Position numbers and translations under genes: made by a program. The notes under the pieces were generated by a model. That model was not told the origin of the DNA. It searched no databases and saw only the letters and a program-made list of their open reading frames with translations. From Glycera tridactyla (Eukaryota), in contig OZ286461.1 in the NCBI GenBank assembly GCA_965644265.1, positions 38,936,001 through 39,000,000 on the forward strand: a DNA stretch of 64,000 bases, given 5' to 3'. Positions within the stretch are counted from its first letter, which is position 1. Each line of letters starts with the position of its first letter. This document shows positions 13,174 to 26,060 of this stretch, piece after piece.

Positions 13174-15059
13174 AAGCAGGGGAGAGTGACAGGTCTGAAA
13201 AGTGTGTTGCTAACAGACTGTGCAGAGAATGGAATGAAGATTTGTCATTCTAGCAACATCAGGAAAAATCATTGTATTTCAAATTATTCTGTTTTTCATG
13301 AGAGAAAAAAAGCCTAAGTATATTGATAAACTTGATAATCGGTTCTCAAAGACAGTGGACATCTGGACAGAATGGTGCCACAAATCATAACCCTCTTTCA
13401 TCAAAGAAATTTTGATTCCCACTGATTTTTCCAGGATCATATTGCTTGAATTATCTACATTTGGGAGTTTTGTGAAAAAAATGAAACCCATGATGGACAC
13501 ATTCATGTATAAAACAATGATAATCCACCAAGCCAAAGTATGCATGTAAAGCACAGGTAGATTTTTTTGCGGAATGTCCACTTTCATCGGGTTCTGTTGG
13601 GCATATGGGGAGTTTGAACCTGCAACTATTCCAAAATTTATTTTTATTCATAGAGTTTGATATGATCTCTTTGAATATCTCATCAGTTTTTGTGAAGGTT
13701 GAATATCCTTTGATTGACTGAGGTCCAAAATTTGATGTTGTTAAAATGACACTACATGTATTTTGCAAATACTGCAGAATCTGCCATGTATGTAATTCAA
13801 ACATTTGTCATTTTTCAGGTGTGATCTTGGAGATGTCTACCATCCTGCCCAATAACATGTTCGAATATTGGAGAAGGTTGTTGATGATGCTACTGCTGAA
13901 ATTTGGCCAAGCTGACTCATTCCACAACATGAGGACCCCCAGCTTAATATTTCAAATAAGTTCTCATTTTGGTTAGATGTGTGGTTTATCCCTTATAGTA
14001 GCATGCATGGTAATTTTTGCAATTCTTTATGTACTTCAGTTTGAAAGTATTTGGTGGAAGATACACATGAGGTGACTGTTCTACCTTCTCTCATTGTATG
14101 AATGACAATGACCTCAACAAATATTATCAGGGCTCAATGTTGCGACTCACAGGTCACCAACTGCGAGTGAATATCACCTCAGCAAACGATTTGTAAAAGG
14201 CACTCGCCTGCCGGTGAACATGGGAAACATGATTATTTTGTGGATGGACTATTAAAATGGCGATTAAAAACTGATAAATGATGAAGCCAATCTTGTCAAG
14301 AAACTCACGAATACTACAGCACAAATGTTTATTTCTTGAGGCGTCTCCGACAACAAACCTTATTCCCTGAGATACATGATATAGAGAAACAATAGGAAGC
14401 CAGACCGGGGTTGTAGGGAATATGGTGCGCAAAAAGCTGTGCATAAATCGTGTTAATGATGGAATCTCCCGCCAGAAGCCGGGCTGATAAATCCTGCCTC
14501 ATATCTCTTTTAGATGTTTATTTGGCGAAATATGTGAGAATACATTGTGTTATGAAATAAACCACTAAATCATGGCGGAGAGCACAAAAGACGGCGATTC
14601 GATGAACTTTTACCGGTAGCATCAACATTCAATGTAGTTGGCCATAATGCAATCCACCGGTGACTCACACCAAGGCTCAAAATCAAAGCATTGCTATCAG
14701 GCTGGAGTGTCAGCTTTCAATCAGTTACATTGATATGCCATTTTTGGGTTTCATTATTATAATGGCAACACCATTATTAGCTCATCTGGTATTTGGATTT
14801 GTCTGAGTGGGTTCTGCAAAATGACCTGTTGTCCTGTAAATGTCACTCCCTAGCAAGAAAACCATCAATCTCACAAATTGTCTACACCCTATAGCTAAGA
14901 ATCACTCAGGTCAGCCTCTTCTGGATTCAAGTAGAAGGTCAATGTCATTTGATTTCATGAAAATTGTTGCCCATTAGAGAACATACAAAATTTGAGCTTT
15001 CGAAGGTCAAAAGTATTTCATGCATTTGTCACACACCTTCTTTGCCATAGGGTCCACAC

Positions 15060-16960
15060 TTTTTACACCCGCTTTTGGAAAAGCAGGGTATTATGGTTTC
15101 ACCTCCAGCGTCCGTACCCACATAAGTTATGGCAAATGTGACAGGATCATATGTACATTAGTATTTATGTACCTACATCCGTCCGGTCACATTTAATGCA
15201 ATAACAGTTCATTGGCTAGTCCAATTTTCATAAAACTCCATATCTGTGATCAATGTAAAGATTGTATTCCAGAATTCAATTTTAGTAACCAATGGTTAAG
15301 GTCACAGGAGCTAGTTATAGATTTTTATCGACCAAACTCATATGAATTGATGGCCCAATATTGGGGTGCCTACCATTTGATGCATGTGACCCTAGGTCAA
15401 AGGTCAAGTCTACCTGAGCTATTCATCAGGGATGTGATTGTTCCACAGATCTGGATTGTTGATCACAAATGCAGCAATCCCTGCATATTACAGACAAGTG
15501 CAAATGATGCTAATCATGAAAATCAGGCCAGAATTAGTAGAGATAGAGCACAGAGTTTATATACAGTTTTAGTAGCCATGAGTTAGCTATTATTGGGGTG
15601 ACCATCGCCTCCAGTCAATTTTCAGGGTTTTTGGTTGTGAGCCAATCACATCCCTGATTTATAGATTTTCACATTTTACACTCTAACTCAAGCTAGCATT
15701 GATGGATAGCAGTGATGCAAGTTTCCTAGAATTCATAATTCAAAAGGTTCCAGGATCTGGCTGAAAGTTTCCAATCTGGAGCTTTTGGAAGTACAGGGAC
15801 ATAATTTCAGAAAATTTGATCAGGTCTCAGGAAATTCTCTCTTAGTGCACTTGCATCACTAGATATAGACCAAATTTACACGATTTGATGACTCAATAGT
15901 GAGACATCTCCCTTACAATGCATGTGACCCTAGGTCAAAGGTCAGTGTTACTGGAGTTATCTATAGATCTTCACATTCTGCACAATAAGTCAGGCTAGTA
16001 TTGATGAACATGGACCAAACCTAAGCAATGACCTAATGGTGGGACAACTCTCCTTTGATGCTTGTGATCATAGGTCAAGGTCACAGGAGCTATTCATAGA
16101 TTTTCACATGTTGCATCCTAACTCGAGCTAGCATCACAAAGTAATGATCCTATAGTGGGGCACCTCCCTTTTGGTGCATGCGACCCTAAGTCAGAGGTCA
16201 AGGTCACAGGAGCTTTTTATAGAATTTCACATTTCATACAATAACATATGCTTATGTTGATGGTCAAAGGTCAAGGTCACAGAAGCTACTTTTATTCATT
16301 TTTTCATTTCATACAATGATTTACCTAACATTGATGGTTATAGACCTAACTAATATGGAATAATGACCCAAAGGTGGGACATCTTTATTTGGATGCAGGT
16401 AACCTATGTCAATGTTATGAGCTATTCATAGATATATGTGTATTCCCATTATACAATATCTCACGCTAGCTGTAATGGATTTGGACCAACCTCAAATGGT
16501 ATGATCACCTAATGGGATTCTCCCATTTGATGTAGGTGACCCTAGATTGAAGGTCAAGGTCACAGGAGCTATGTAGATTTTCTTAGTTCACACTACAACT
16601 CAACCTAGCATTGATGATATGGTCCATACTGTTACGGAGTAATGACCCAATAGTGGGTCTCAAGGTAACAGGGGCCATTCTTAGAATTCCGCATTTCACA
16701 CAACATTAGCATTGTTGAATGTAGATCAAACTGATCCGGGATGATCAATCAATGTTGCAACATCTCCCGTTCAATGCATTTGACCCTAAGTCATAGGTCA
16801 AGGTCAAGGTCACAGGTGCTACTGATAGATTTTCACATTCTACACAGTGACTTGGTGACTTGTCGATTAGCGAACCAAACAACTAAAGGAACTTTTTCTA
16901 TATGGGTGACCTGCTGTGCTCCCATGTGCAGGGTATCTTGTGCCTCCGTGGTCTTGTTCC
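15060..16960 (+). mobile_element. Non-autonomous Helentron-associated (HINE/DINE-like) repeat with internal tandem units
   Basis: Starts T-rich with hairpin TACACCCGCTTTTGGAAAAGCAGGGTA, followed by CGTCCG motifs. About 8 diverged internal units with core GTGACCCTAGGTCAAAGGTCAAGGTCACAGGAGCTA. Ends GCAGGGTATC...GTCTTGTT. Architecture resembles known invertebrate HINEs. Confidence 0.55.
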
Positions 16961-17976
16961 ACACTGTATGGTTGATCTTGGCGCAGTTTCAAGGTCATAT
17001 ATCCAAACAATATTTTTGACAAGTTTCCATGCAGGAACCTTTTTCGTTCTTCAGTTTGAATGCTTTACAAGGTGTCATACATCAAAGCGTGTATATTGTA
17101 AAACTTGACAGGTTACATTTCTGATTTGATTGTGATTTTTAAGGTGAAGTCATTTTGTACATAAGGCTCACATATGACTATAGATGCTAGAATGAGCTGA
17201 AGTTTTCAAATAAGCTGTATGAATTTGTTTAAATGAATCGCCAATGATAAACTTCAGAACTGTCATTGATGATAAGGTCAGGAATGCCCTAGCAATTTTC
17301 CATGAAAGCTGTGATCCAAGGCCTTTCGACAAATTTGATTGAAAACTGGTGGCACTGGCAACAGCAGTGACAGTAGTGGCAGTGGTGATCTCTTCAGAGA
17401 TGCTGTTTTAAAAATGTGATAGAATTGTGATATGACATATTTTTCCAGACATTGCCTGAAGGTGGGGATGATTATTCACATGAAAAGCCTGTTTTTACCA
17501 CGTAATAAAGAGTGAATCTGCACTTGTAGAAGCATGTATGAATATATCTGCAATCATCTAACAATTCATGATCCACTTGCAATACAATAAAGGACCTTCA
17601 ACTTTATTTCGGTTTTGGGTTTTGATATTCCCATTCTCAACCATTGGTTTCACATGGATGCCATACATATTTCAGCCTGCCTCCTGATGCTTCACTGACA
17701 CAATTTGAGTGATTCCTTTAGTATGTCCTTTTGCTACAAATTGATAACAGAATAAATTCGGTAGAGTGGCTGAGGGGTGAACTGTTAGGTGGTGAAATAT
17801 GAGAGGTCACTCAAAAGTGGAATTGGATTGAAATCTGTCGCAGATCAAGAAGTGGTCATCGAATACCTGATTCCGTTGGTGCATCTGTCCGCTGTTGGTT
17901 TGCACTCATTATTATTATGGTATTCCTTCCATATCACAAATGTGAACTCATCCAAGTGACTCTCAAGAGTGTTAAG

Positions 17977-20900
17977 TGTAACGCCACGTTTTTGACGACG
18001 TGACGTTTGTTAGAATAACATGAACAATATAGGGATTTCTGGTAGCGGAATTCGCGGAATTCCTCTTTTGAGGCCCGCGGCACTAGTTTAACGCTACTGG
18101 AAGGGTATAAATTCCTTTCTACTCCAGAAGCATGAGATATTTTCACTTCTATTAGTTGAAAAATAGGTGTGATCTAGTTAGTTTCCTAACATTTGTTGTT
18201 TTACCTGGAAGGCTGCTAGTGTGGCAACTGGAGTTCGAGTTACACGCGGTAGACTCGCCGTTCTCGGTGGGTGCCCAGCTTGCAGTGTTTCTAGGGTGAA
18301 ACAGGGAAACTGCGATATCTCTGTGAATAATGGACGTAGGAAGGCCATATTTTTACATGATACGTATCTGAAGTAGGGCTAAAGATATCCCGAAGATGGG
18401 AAATGTATCTTCTGAGGCAAAATTGTTAGTCCGAGGTATAGGCCGTTCATCGGACGTTTTTTTGCCGATAGCGTTGATCACATAGTATAGTGAACGACTC
18501 CCTGAGCAGGAGGAGCTCGGAGTCGCGTAGGAGGAAAAGTGACATGTAATGTACATGGAATGTACTTGTTTTCTCAGAAAATCTTCTGAAATCGATCTAG
18601 AAAGTCTCGAGCGAATACATTCGAGGTAGCTGACTTGGGGAGCTTGACATCGCTCTTCCCGCTCCTTTTTCCCGCTCTTTGGTGGCTCTTCAGGACGGTT
18701 ACATAAAAGTGTTCCAGACAGGAATTCTGGCACTTGGAAATTCTGTCCTGAAGAGTACGCACCGGAGCTGACGGAGTCGGAAGTTATGATCATCTGGCTT
18801 CTCCAAGATCGCTGCCTTGGACTAATATGATGGACTCCGATACACCACAGTGAGCTCTACAACATCTAGTGAGTTTTATATGAGATTTAGAACTGTTTTA
18901 GGATCCTTTTAGGAGGCTTTATTAGGAGTCATTATCTATATTTTCCCCAATGGCCATTTTAGTATCATGCCATTTCATGTCATCGGATCTTCCATGTTTT
19001 GTGTTGAATGTACCGTCTTTTGAGCATACGTGGTCAAAAATCTAGAATTTGCATGTTTTTGGATGTTTTGGATCATTTTGGATGATAGGATTTTGTTCCA
19101 TTAATGCCGTCCTGATCCAAAACGATTAACTGATAATTCTCGTGAATATCGGTAGTTCTAGCTGTTTCTGTTAATTCCCTGTGCTGTTCCAGTGAATTTG
19201 GAACAAGTGGAACTGCGTGGAACTAGGCCTTGTTCCTCCAGTATCGTTCCCGGTCCAGTACGCCAGTATGGGTGGAACAGGGCTATGCAGGAATTTGTAA
19301 AATTGTATTTATAGCTTGGACTCACTGAATCCTCCGGGTGAGAGAAGCTGTGTGTATGAACTGCTAACACGTCTCAATATAGCTCTTACGGATCAGATTC
19401 TGATCATTAAAGTAAAATATCGGATTTCTGTGTGAATGAGATAATTGAATCATTCAAAATTCAATTATATTCACGGGATTTCCCAATAGGAATAATTATG
19501 TGAAAGGAATATTTCTGTAAGATCATTTTCAGTTGAAATAACAGCAGAGGAGACTGTGTCTTTTCTCTCTGAATCTGTGTGTTTATAGACCCGGCAACTC
19601 TACCAGTCCTTGTGGGCTGAGTTGAAATGAACATGTCTATCTCGGTATGACAATGGCAGCTCGCTGTCATGTGTACTAACCAGGTCACCGCTTAGGTGAA
19701 CTTTGTTGCTGGTTTCGTAAATAGCACACACAGCTGATCTGTTTTCTTTAGCTTCCCTGATCATATGAATAGAGATCCAGTCAATCTTTTCTTTTCCGAG
19801 TGAAATTCTTTATGGAAAACTGTATTTTCATTGAAACGGCTTGTTTAGAGAAGGTAGTAATCTAACGTCGTTCATATGGTGTGAAAATCTGGAATTCTTT
19901 GACGGTTAACCGATCGATTAATCGATTAATCGACCGATCAAATACGCTTCAATTTCAGTTTTCTGAATCTGAATCAGTTTTCAAATGCTAGTTTGATGGT
20001 ATTTCAATTTCCATGACCACAACTGTCGTATTTGTCAATTGAGGACCCAGTGGTATGTTTTTGGTGCTCGTACTTGTAATAGACACGTAGGGGAGACGAC
20101 AAACCGAGGCTTGTTTTTGTTTACACGTAGTGCCTGCTTTTGATTCATGTGCCGGGCCTGAATTTTGACTTTTCGGAGAAGGTCCACTCTGATAAGCTTG
20201 ATTCCTGTCCTAAGCGCCGTATATCCTAAGCACGGACCCGTCCTAAGCTTGCTTAGTCTTGTGTCATGTCTCTGAGTCCCGTGACCTACTTTTCGAGTGA
20301 AACCTCCGTATTGAGACCAACCTGTCACATGTGACCACTTTGAGATTTTCGGTCTATATGATCGGTGACATCACGTTGAGCTGTATTTTCGAAGGAAAAT
20401 TCTTTTGAATTAATTTTAGACCTTCAAACTGCTGTATTTGAAATTGTTTTACTTCCGTAATGAATAAGCTGCTAAGCGCTTTCATTTGAGCTCCGAAATA
20501 CTTTCTGAGCGTTCTGGAATGAACAGCTGTTTCTGACTGATCGGTCAGATGTAAACAATCTGCCATTTTGGATTTCCATCCGCCACATGTATGAGCCTCA
20601 CTTTGAGCTTCCGATCCACCTTACACTTTTCAACAAGTTTGAAACTTTTTCACTTTGGATAAAAGCTTTTAGCTGCCTTAGAATTGATCGGAATTGTTTC
20701 TCGTTATGTGCCGATTGCTTCTGTGGAACTTCAGTGTGCTGGCTTTATCGCTATTTGTGATTTGACAGCGCAAACTTAGCGCGTTGACTAAAACTTAGCA
20801 CGGTGCTTACCGGACTTACTCATGGTCTTACCCCGTAAGCACATTTGTGTTTGAGGTTTGTGACATATGGGACTGCATGTAAATGCATTTCGCTCTTATA

Positions 20901-22850
20901 TTTCTGGAATTACATGACTAATTTCAACTTTAGGCATTACCAAATGGCTTGAAATGAGTTGAAATTGGTATTCGGTGAATTTTGGAATTCGAACTTAGCA
21001 CGGACTTGGTAGATCGGAACTTAGACCCCGCTGCTATTGCAGTTGTGACTTAGTGCGTTCCGGTCTATGTTAGGTAGGTCATACTCACAGTGACGGGGAG
21101 GGGGAACTTGTGTTGATTTCAGATCTTGCCCCTTGCTTCGGTGAGCGGTAACTTCATCTGACTCTGTCTATAAAGACCACCTGTTCTGAGTAGATCAATT
21201 TCTCTATCTTGAATTCTTAACTTAGAATTTATTCAAATTTTTGAATTTGATTTGATGAGGACTTGACTATTTTTGATTTTGAAAAGCGTGCTTGCTCTTT
21301 TCATGCAGACAGTTGAACTTCAACTTTTTCGCTGTATTGCTGCTGCATCATGATCCCAGCTGACTGAGAGAGGACTTGGTGTGTTCACCTTTCTAGTTCA
21401 TTCCCCGTGAACTTCGCTCTCTCTGATACAGCTGATGATATTTTAATGCCTTGTTCATTGATTGATTAACTTAGTTGGCCCAGTGCCTGCTCCGTTGATA
21501 ATGGCTTAAGTGCATTGAGATTTCTTTTCAACGGTGATACTTGCCGATTGTCTTTTGACAATCTCTTCAACTGATTGTTGAAATATTTCAAGTAACTTGA
21601 TCAATGGTAACTTGTAACTTTAATTCTTGTGCTATTCAGTTGGTGGGGAATAAAGTGGGATCCTGCCTTCCCACTATAATAGATCTGGCAACTGCAAGTA
21701 ACTAAGTGCACGCAACAAACAAATAAAATCTTAGAGTTGTTTAAAGATACTATTTTGAATTAAAACTTTTTCTTATGATACTTGGACAGTTGGTAGGAGA
21801 TTTTTTTCTATCTTCTTGCAGCAACCAGCACGTCTGAGATGTCGTAACTGGAGAGGTGCGTACTCTTCAGGCCACGTTATTACCACTTCGCCATCCCGGC
21901 TTACGGAAAGCAGCTGTTGTAGGCTGTTATGCCTAATTTCTGCCAGCTGTGATGATAGTGTGTTCGACACACTAGTCCCATCTGAGATGCGTGGGTGTTA
22001 GTTACCCCATACGGTGAGATTCGTCTATCCATCACTATGGAATAGGATACGTTTCACTAAAGGAATGGAATAATCCTCTATACTACATACTCCAACTACT
22101 TTACGCGTTCCAGTGCTCGCTGCGATATAGTACTTGCTGAACATGCAATATACCTCCATGGTTCGTCTTCACACTTGCAACTAGGTGGCCACCATTTATA
22201 TTAACTTTAAAAGTTCGATACTTCATCGTGGGTCTTTAACCCTAACTTTCGAGTTATTATATCGAGAGTGCACTAACTATCTAGACACAGTGTCTTTGAC
22301 TTTGTTTTGTTTCCAGCTAGCAACAGTGGCCACTCGTCAAGCCCTCAAGTCATCGTTGGAACAAGAGATATATATTACATACATTAGGGTTTGGATTCAA
22401 ACATCAGACTCTCGGGGGATTGTGATTGTGTTATACAATGAGGTACCTCACATTTGTTGGTCTATCATGAATATCTTGTGTACTTGTATATCATGAGTTT
22501 TCCTATTCTGATATTCACTGGTATTTATGTATTATGAATTCAATTCCAACTGTCATGTGTAATATCTGATTCAGATCTGAATGATTCAAAATGAAGTTAT
22601 TTATTGAATTGTGGGTATAATTGACTTTTGTCAACATGATACTGTGATATTCAATATTGTCTCATTCAATTTATGATCTGCCATTTACATATATTTATGT
22701 GAGCTTTTTACAAATTAAAATATGTATCTACAACTCTATTTCTGTGTCTCTTATACTTTTGAACCAACAATTGAGTTCCCTGTATGAACAATGAGATGAC
22801 TTTATAGATTCATGATTTCATTAGAGCTTGGTGAACGATGGGATTCAACA
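17977..22850 (+). mobile_element. Putative very long solo LTR or non-autonomous LTR-type element, non-coding
   Basis: Begins TGTAAC (17977) and ends TTCAACA (22850). TATAAAT at 18106, ATTAAA at 22714 in an AT-rich 3' part, and no recognisable ORF. No TSD and no second LTR copy were found, so the boundaries are tentative. Confidence 0.4.
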
Positions 22851-23486
22851 TGTAATACTGATCACGCTTATAACATCTTTTAGAATAATGTATAATTTTG
22901 TGAACATCAATCCACAGGAGCAATGCCATTTATTTTGAGATTGGGATAAATGGGACAAAAGCCCGGTTCGTCTGAAACATTGCTTCCAGCTGTTCTTGAT
23001 AATGGGGATTTTATCAGATCTTAAACTTTTAGCCAAGGTTGCATCTTAAGGAAGAGGAGGGAATACTCCTACAAGCCTGTCGGATGACTGGTTCAATTCC
23101 ATTGTCAATTTGGAAGGATTACATAAGGATGTCATCATACTTGAGTGATTTCCTGCCAAATGATGACCTTCAATCGGTCAAAAGGTTTCAGTGCTTTATC
23201 TCCTGAATTTTTTGTTTTTCTCCCGTATCAGAACTGTCGTATCAGAACTGTGAATTTATCCCGAGTGACCCTTCAAGTAATTTCTTGTCAAATGGTGGCC
23301 TCTGATTGGCTGAGAGGTTTATACTCATTATCTCCTGAAATTCCCTCAATTTCCCTAAAAAATGGGGGCCTCTGACTAATCAAGAGGTTCCTACCTACCT
23401 ACTTATCCACCTACTGACTGACATAACTACGACATGATTACCAATCCGTTTGCCCATATGCATTATACATGATAGAGATGACACCT

Positions 23487-23935
23487 TGAGTGTCTGTGAA
23501 TTTCATAAATTTTCGCCTTCTGTTGGGATCCAGAAGGAGGAGTCTTGAATGATCCCACCCATGCCCATTGCATGGGCGTCACAATATAGCCCAGATGGAA
23601 CTGACATGACATTAAACCCCCAACAAAACCAAAAACCATCAGCCACCTGCCTATTTACCTACTCATATTTCCACATACATGCCCTCCTACCAAACTTTCC
23701 ATCCACCCCAGTACCTAAAAACCTTCGCATGAGAAGCTTCATAGCCCATTATGAAGACTAGGTGCCATGTATCTCAGACGGAGCATCATGGTAACTTGGA
23801 GTATCTGTGAATTCATGAATTTTCTCTTTCTTTTGGGGACCAGGGAACAGAAGTCTTGACTAATCCCACTCTCTCCATTGCTTTGGCATCTCAATATAGC
23901 ACATATGATGCTGACATGATGTTAGAGTAGAACCA
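23487..23935 (+). repeat. Two diverged copies of a ~150-bp dispersed repeat
   Basis: GTGTCTGTGAATTTCAT...GATCCCA...GGCGTCACAATATAGC at ~23489 and ~23799; related copies at ~24826 and ~63640. Confidence 0.6.
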
Positions 23936-24219
23936 GTCAACCAATCACGGCCCAGGGATCAGGCGCCATTCCTCACAGGACTCAAGTCAAGAAAAGATAT
24001 TCATATCCAGTATGTTATGAACATGAAGTACCAAAGACCATGTATCAAGGATCAGGTGGCTTTCATCACATCCTGAGGATAAGGCCCTTTTTGTTACAGG
24101 GCTTAGCTCATGAAAGGATATGATATCATTAAGACTTCAGGCAGTGATCATGAGGTGGCAATCAACAATTCACTTTCTGAGGACAAAAGTGATGGAAAGA
24201 TATGATTTTTATTTAGGGT

Positions 24220-24557
24220 GATGTGACCATGAGGTGCCATCCAGCTCATTAGGAAGGCCAGGTACCATTTATCACATCCTCAGGACCAAATTCATGAAAA
24301 AGATATGTTTTGAATTTAGGGTGATGTAACCATGAGGTACCATACATCACATCCCGGAGGACCAGGTACCAATTATCACACTCTCAGGACCAGGTACCAT
24401 GTATCACAGGACCAAGTACCATTAATCACATTTGAGGTACCATAAATCACGAGTCATCATCCGGGCAGGAAATCCGCCATGAGGGGTGATAATTGGTACC
24501 TGATTCCTGGCCCATGTGATGATTGGTACCCGATATTTGTGATTATTGGTACCCAAC
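24220..24557. repeat. GGTACC-core minisatellite that switches orientation at ~24450-24480
   Basis: Units like GACCAGGTACCAATTATCACA up to 24450; reverse-complement units (GTGATAATTGGTACC) at 24481-24557, running into an N-gap. Confidence 0.7.
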
Positions 24558-24716
24558 NNNNNNNNNNNNNNNNNNNNNNNNNNNNNNNNNNNNNNNNNNN
24601 NNNNNNNNNNNNNNNNNNNNNNNNNNNNNNNNNNNNNNNNNNNNNNNNNNNNNNNNNNNNNNNNNNNNNNNNNNNNNNNNNNNNNNNNNNNNNNNNNNNN
24701 NNNNNNNNNNNNNNNN
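24558..24716. other. Assembly gap (N-run)
   Basis: Run of N. Confidence 1.
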
Positions 24717-24825
24717 ATCCCACCCGAAAGAAGCTGATGATGTTACGTGCTCTTGTCATTGTATTCATTCCTGTCACATTCACGAATACTGGCCCCAATA
24801 TATACGTACCGGAAATGACGTCGTA

Positions 24826-24945
24826 TGTGTCTGTGAATTTCATAATTTTCAACCTTCTGTTTGCGAACCAGAGACAGGACTCTTGGATGATCCCATCTAT
24901 GGTCATCACATGGGCGTCACAATATAGCACATATGATGCTGAGTG
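24826..24945 (+). repeat. Third copy of the ~150-bp dispersed repeat
   Basis: Matches the ~23489 copy (GTGTCTGTGAATTTCATAA...CATGGGCGTCACAATATAGC). Confidence 0.6.
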
Positions 24946-25554
24946 ACCTGAAACCAGAACCACCCAACCAATTCATTATATATGATATGGAAGAACACGA
25001 TATTGAAGGTTGCGTGAGCCGGTCTAGTGAATATATAGAAGAATTGAAGTGCGTTCTCGAAACGATTTCTCCCAGGCTGACTTCTGTTCAACAAGCGGCC
25101 AAGAAAGTGATTTCAAGTCAACAATCTTTTCTTTGCTCGTAATTTCCTGAATGCACCGGATAACCACTCAACAAAATGAGAAGATTAAGGGCTAGTATAC
25201 CTGCCAACTCATGGTTTTTGTCCTAGTGCTTTTCGGGAATCCTCCATTATTTGATAGTTATTAGGTTGTGATGAGTATGAATGAATTTCTATCCCAACTT
25301 ATCTCATCGATCTAATTATATTGACTGAGTGAAAATAATATGTGATTTCACTTCGCTTCAATCTCGTGGTGCATCGAGCAACGCCTGGATGAGGTGCGCT
25401 AGGTAACTGACATTCACTCATAATACTCTGTCCTTTCTAGTCGCATGCACACCCTTCATCCTCGTTTAAACTGAGTTCAACTGGTCCGCAAAGGTAAAAT
25501 CCCGAGCGGATCACTGACATTTCCCTCATTCATCATACGAGGTATGCATTTGCA

Positions 25555-26060
25555 TTTGTATTTGTACAACTTTATTGAGTATCGTCAATACAGTTGATGA
25601 CAAACAATGACATCGTCTACAGGTTGACGAGAAGAAAAACACAGAACATAACATACGAATAATGGATGATATGAAAGTGTACAATGGAGATATGCATGAC
25701 ATGGATATGATTTATGGATGAAGAATGATGAAAATGGTGAAAAGACCGACTGTCTAGGATTAGGCCAGTGTTGCACTGTTAATCACTTATACGGAAAGGC
25801 ACTTAATACAGAGAAATAGTGTATGTATACAGCGGAATATGGCAATATAAATTGTCAAGGATCCAAGGATTTGGGTAGATTATTCAAATTCTAAATTTTG
25901 AGTGAATGGCAATGTATCATATTATAATGACCTACTTCCTCATACACTGAACACAGTCACTGTTTCATCTTCTCTAACAAATTGGGTGTCAGAGTTACTA
26001 GAGTCAGTTAGTGATAGTGTAGAGCGAGCACTGGGAAGTAGACTTTGATTATGTGTAGTG
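25555..26060 (-). mobile_element. Decayed 3' end of a CR1/L2-type LINE
   Basis: Minus strand reads a disrupted ..NLPKSL (WNxLP-type C-terminal motif) near 25870-25895, with a (CAAATA)n-like tail at ~25550-25570. Confidence 0.35.

Noticed and set aside
18353-18793. 146-aa ORF as an integrase fragment
   Set aside because: Only a vague resemblance (FSSYATP); no DDE motif or zinc finger.
21095-21120. Polypurine tract GGGGAGGGGGAA before TGTTGA as the start of a 3' LTR (21111-22850)
   Set aside because: TGTTGA/TCAACA termini fit, but there is a 4-nt gap to the tract, no matching 5' LTR, and no pol sequence upstream. Kept only as an alternative boundary.
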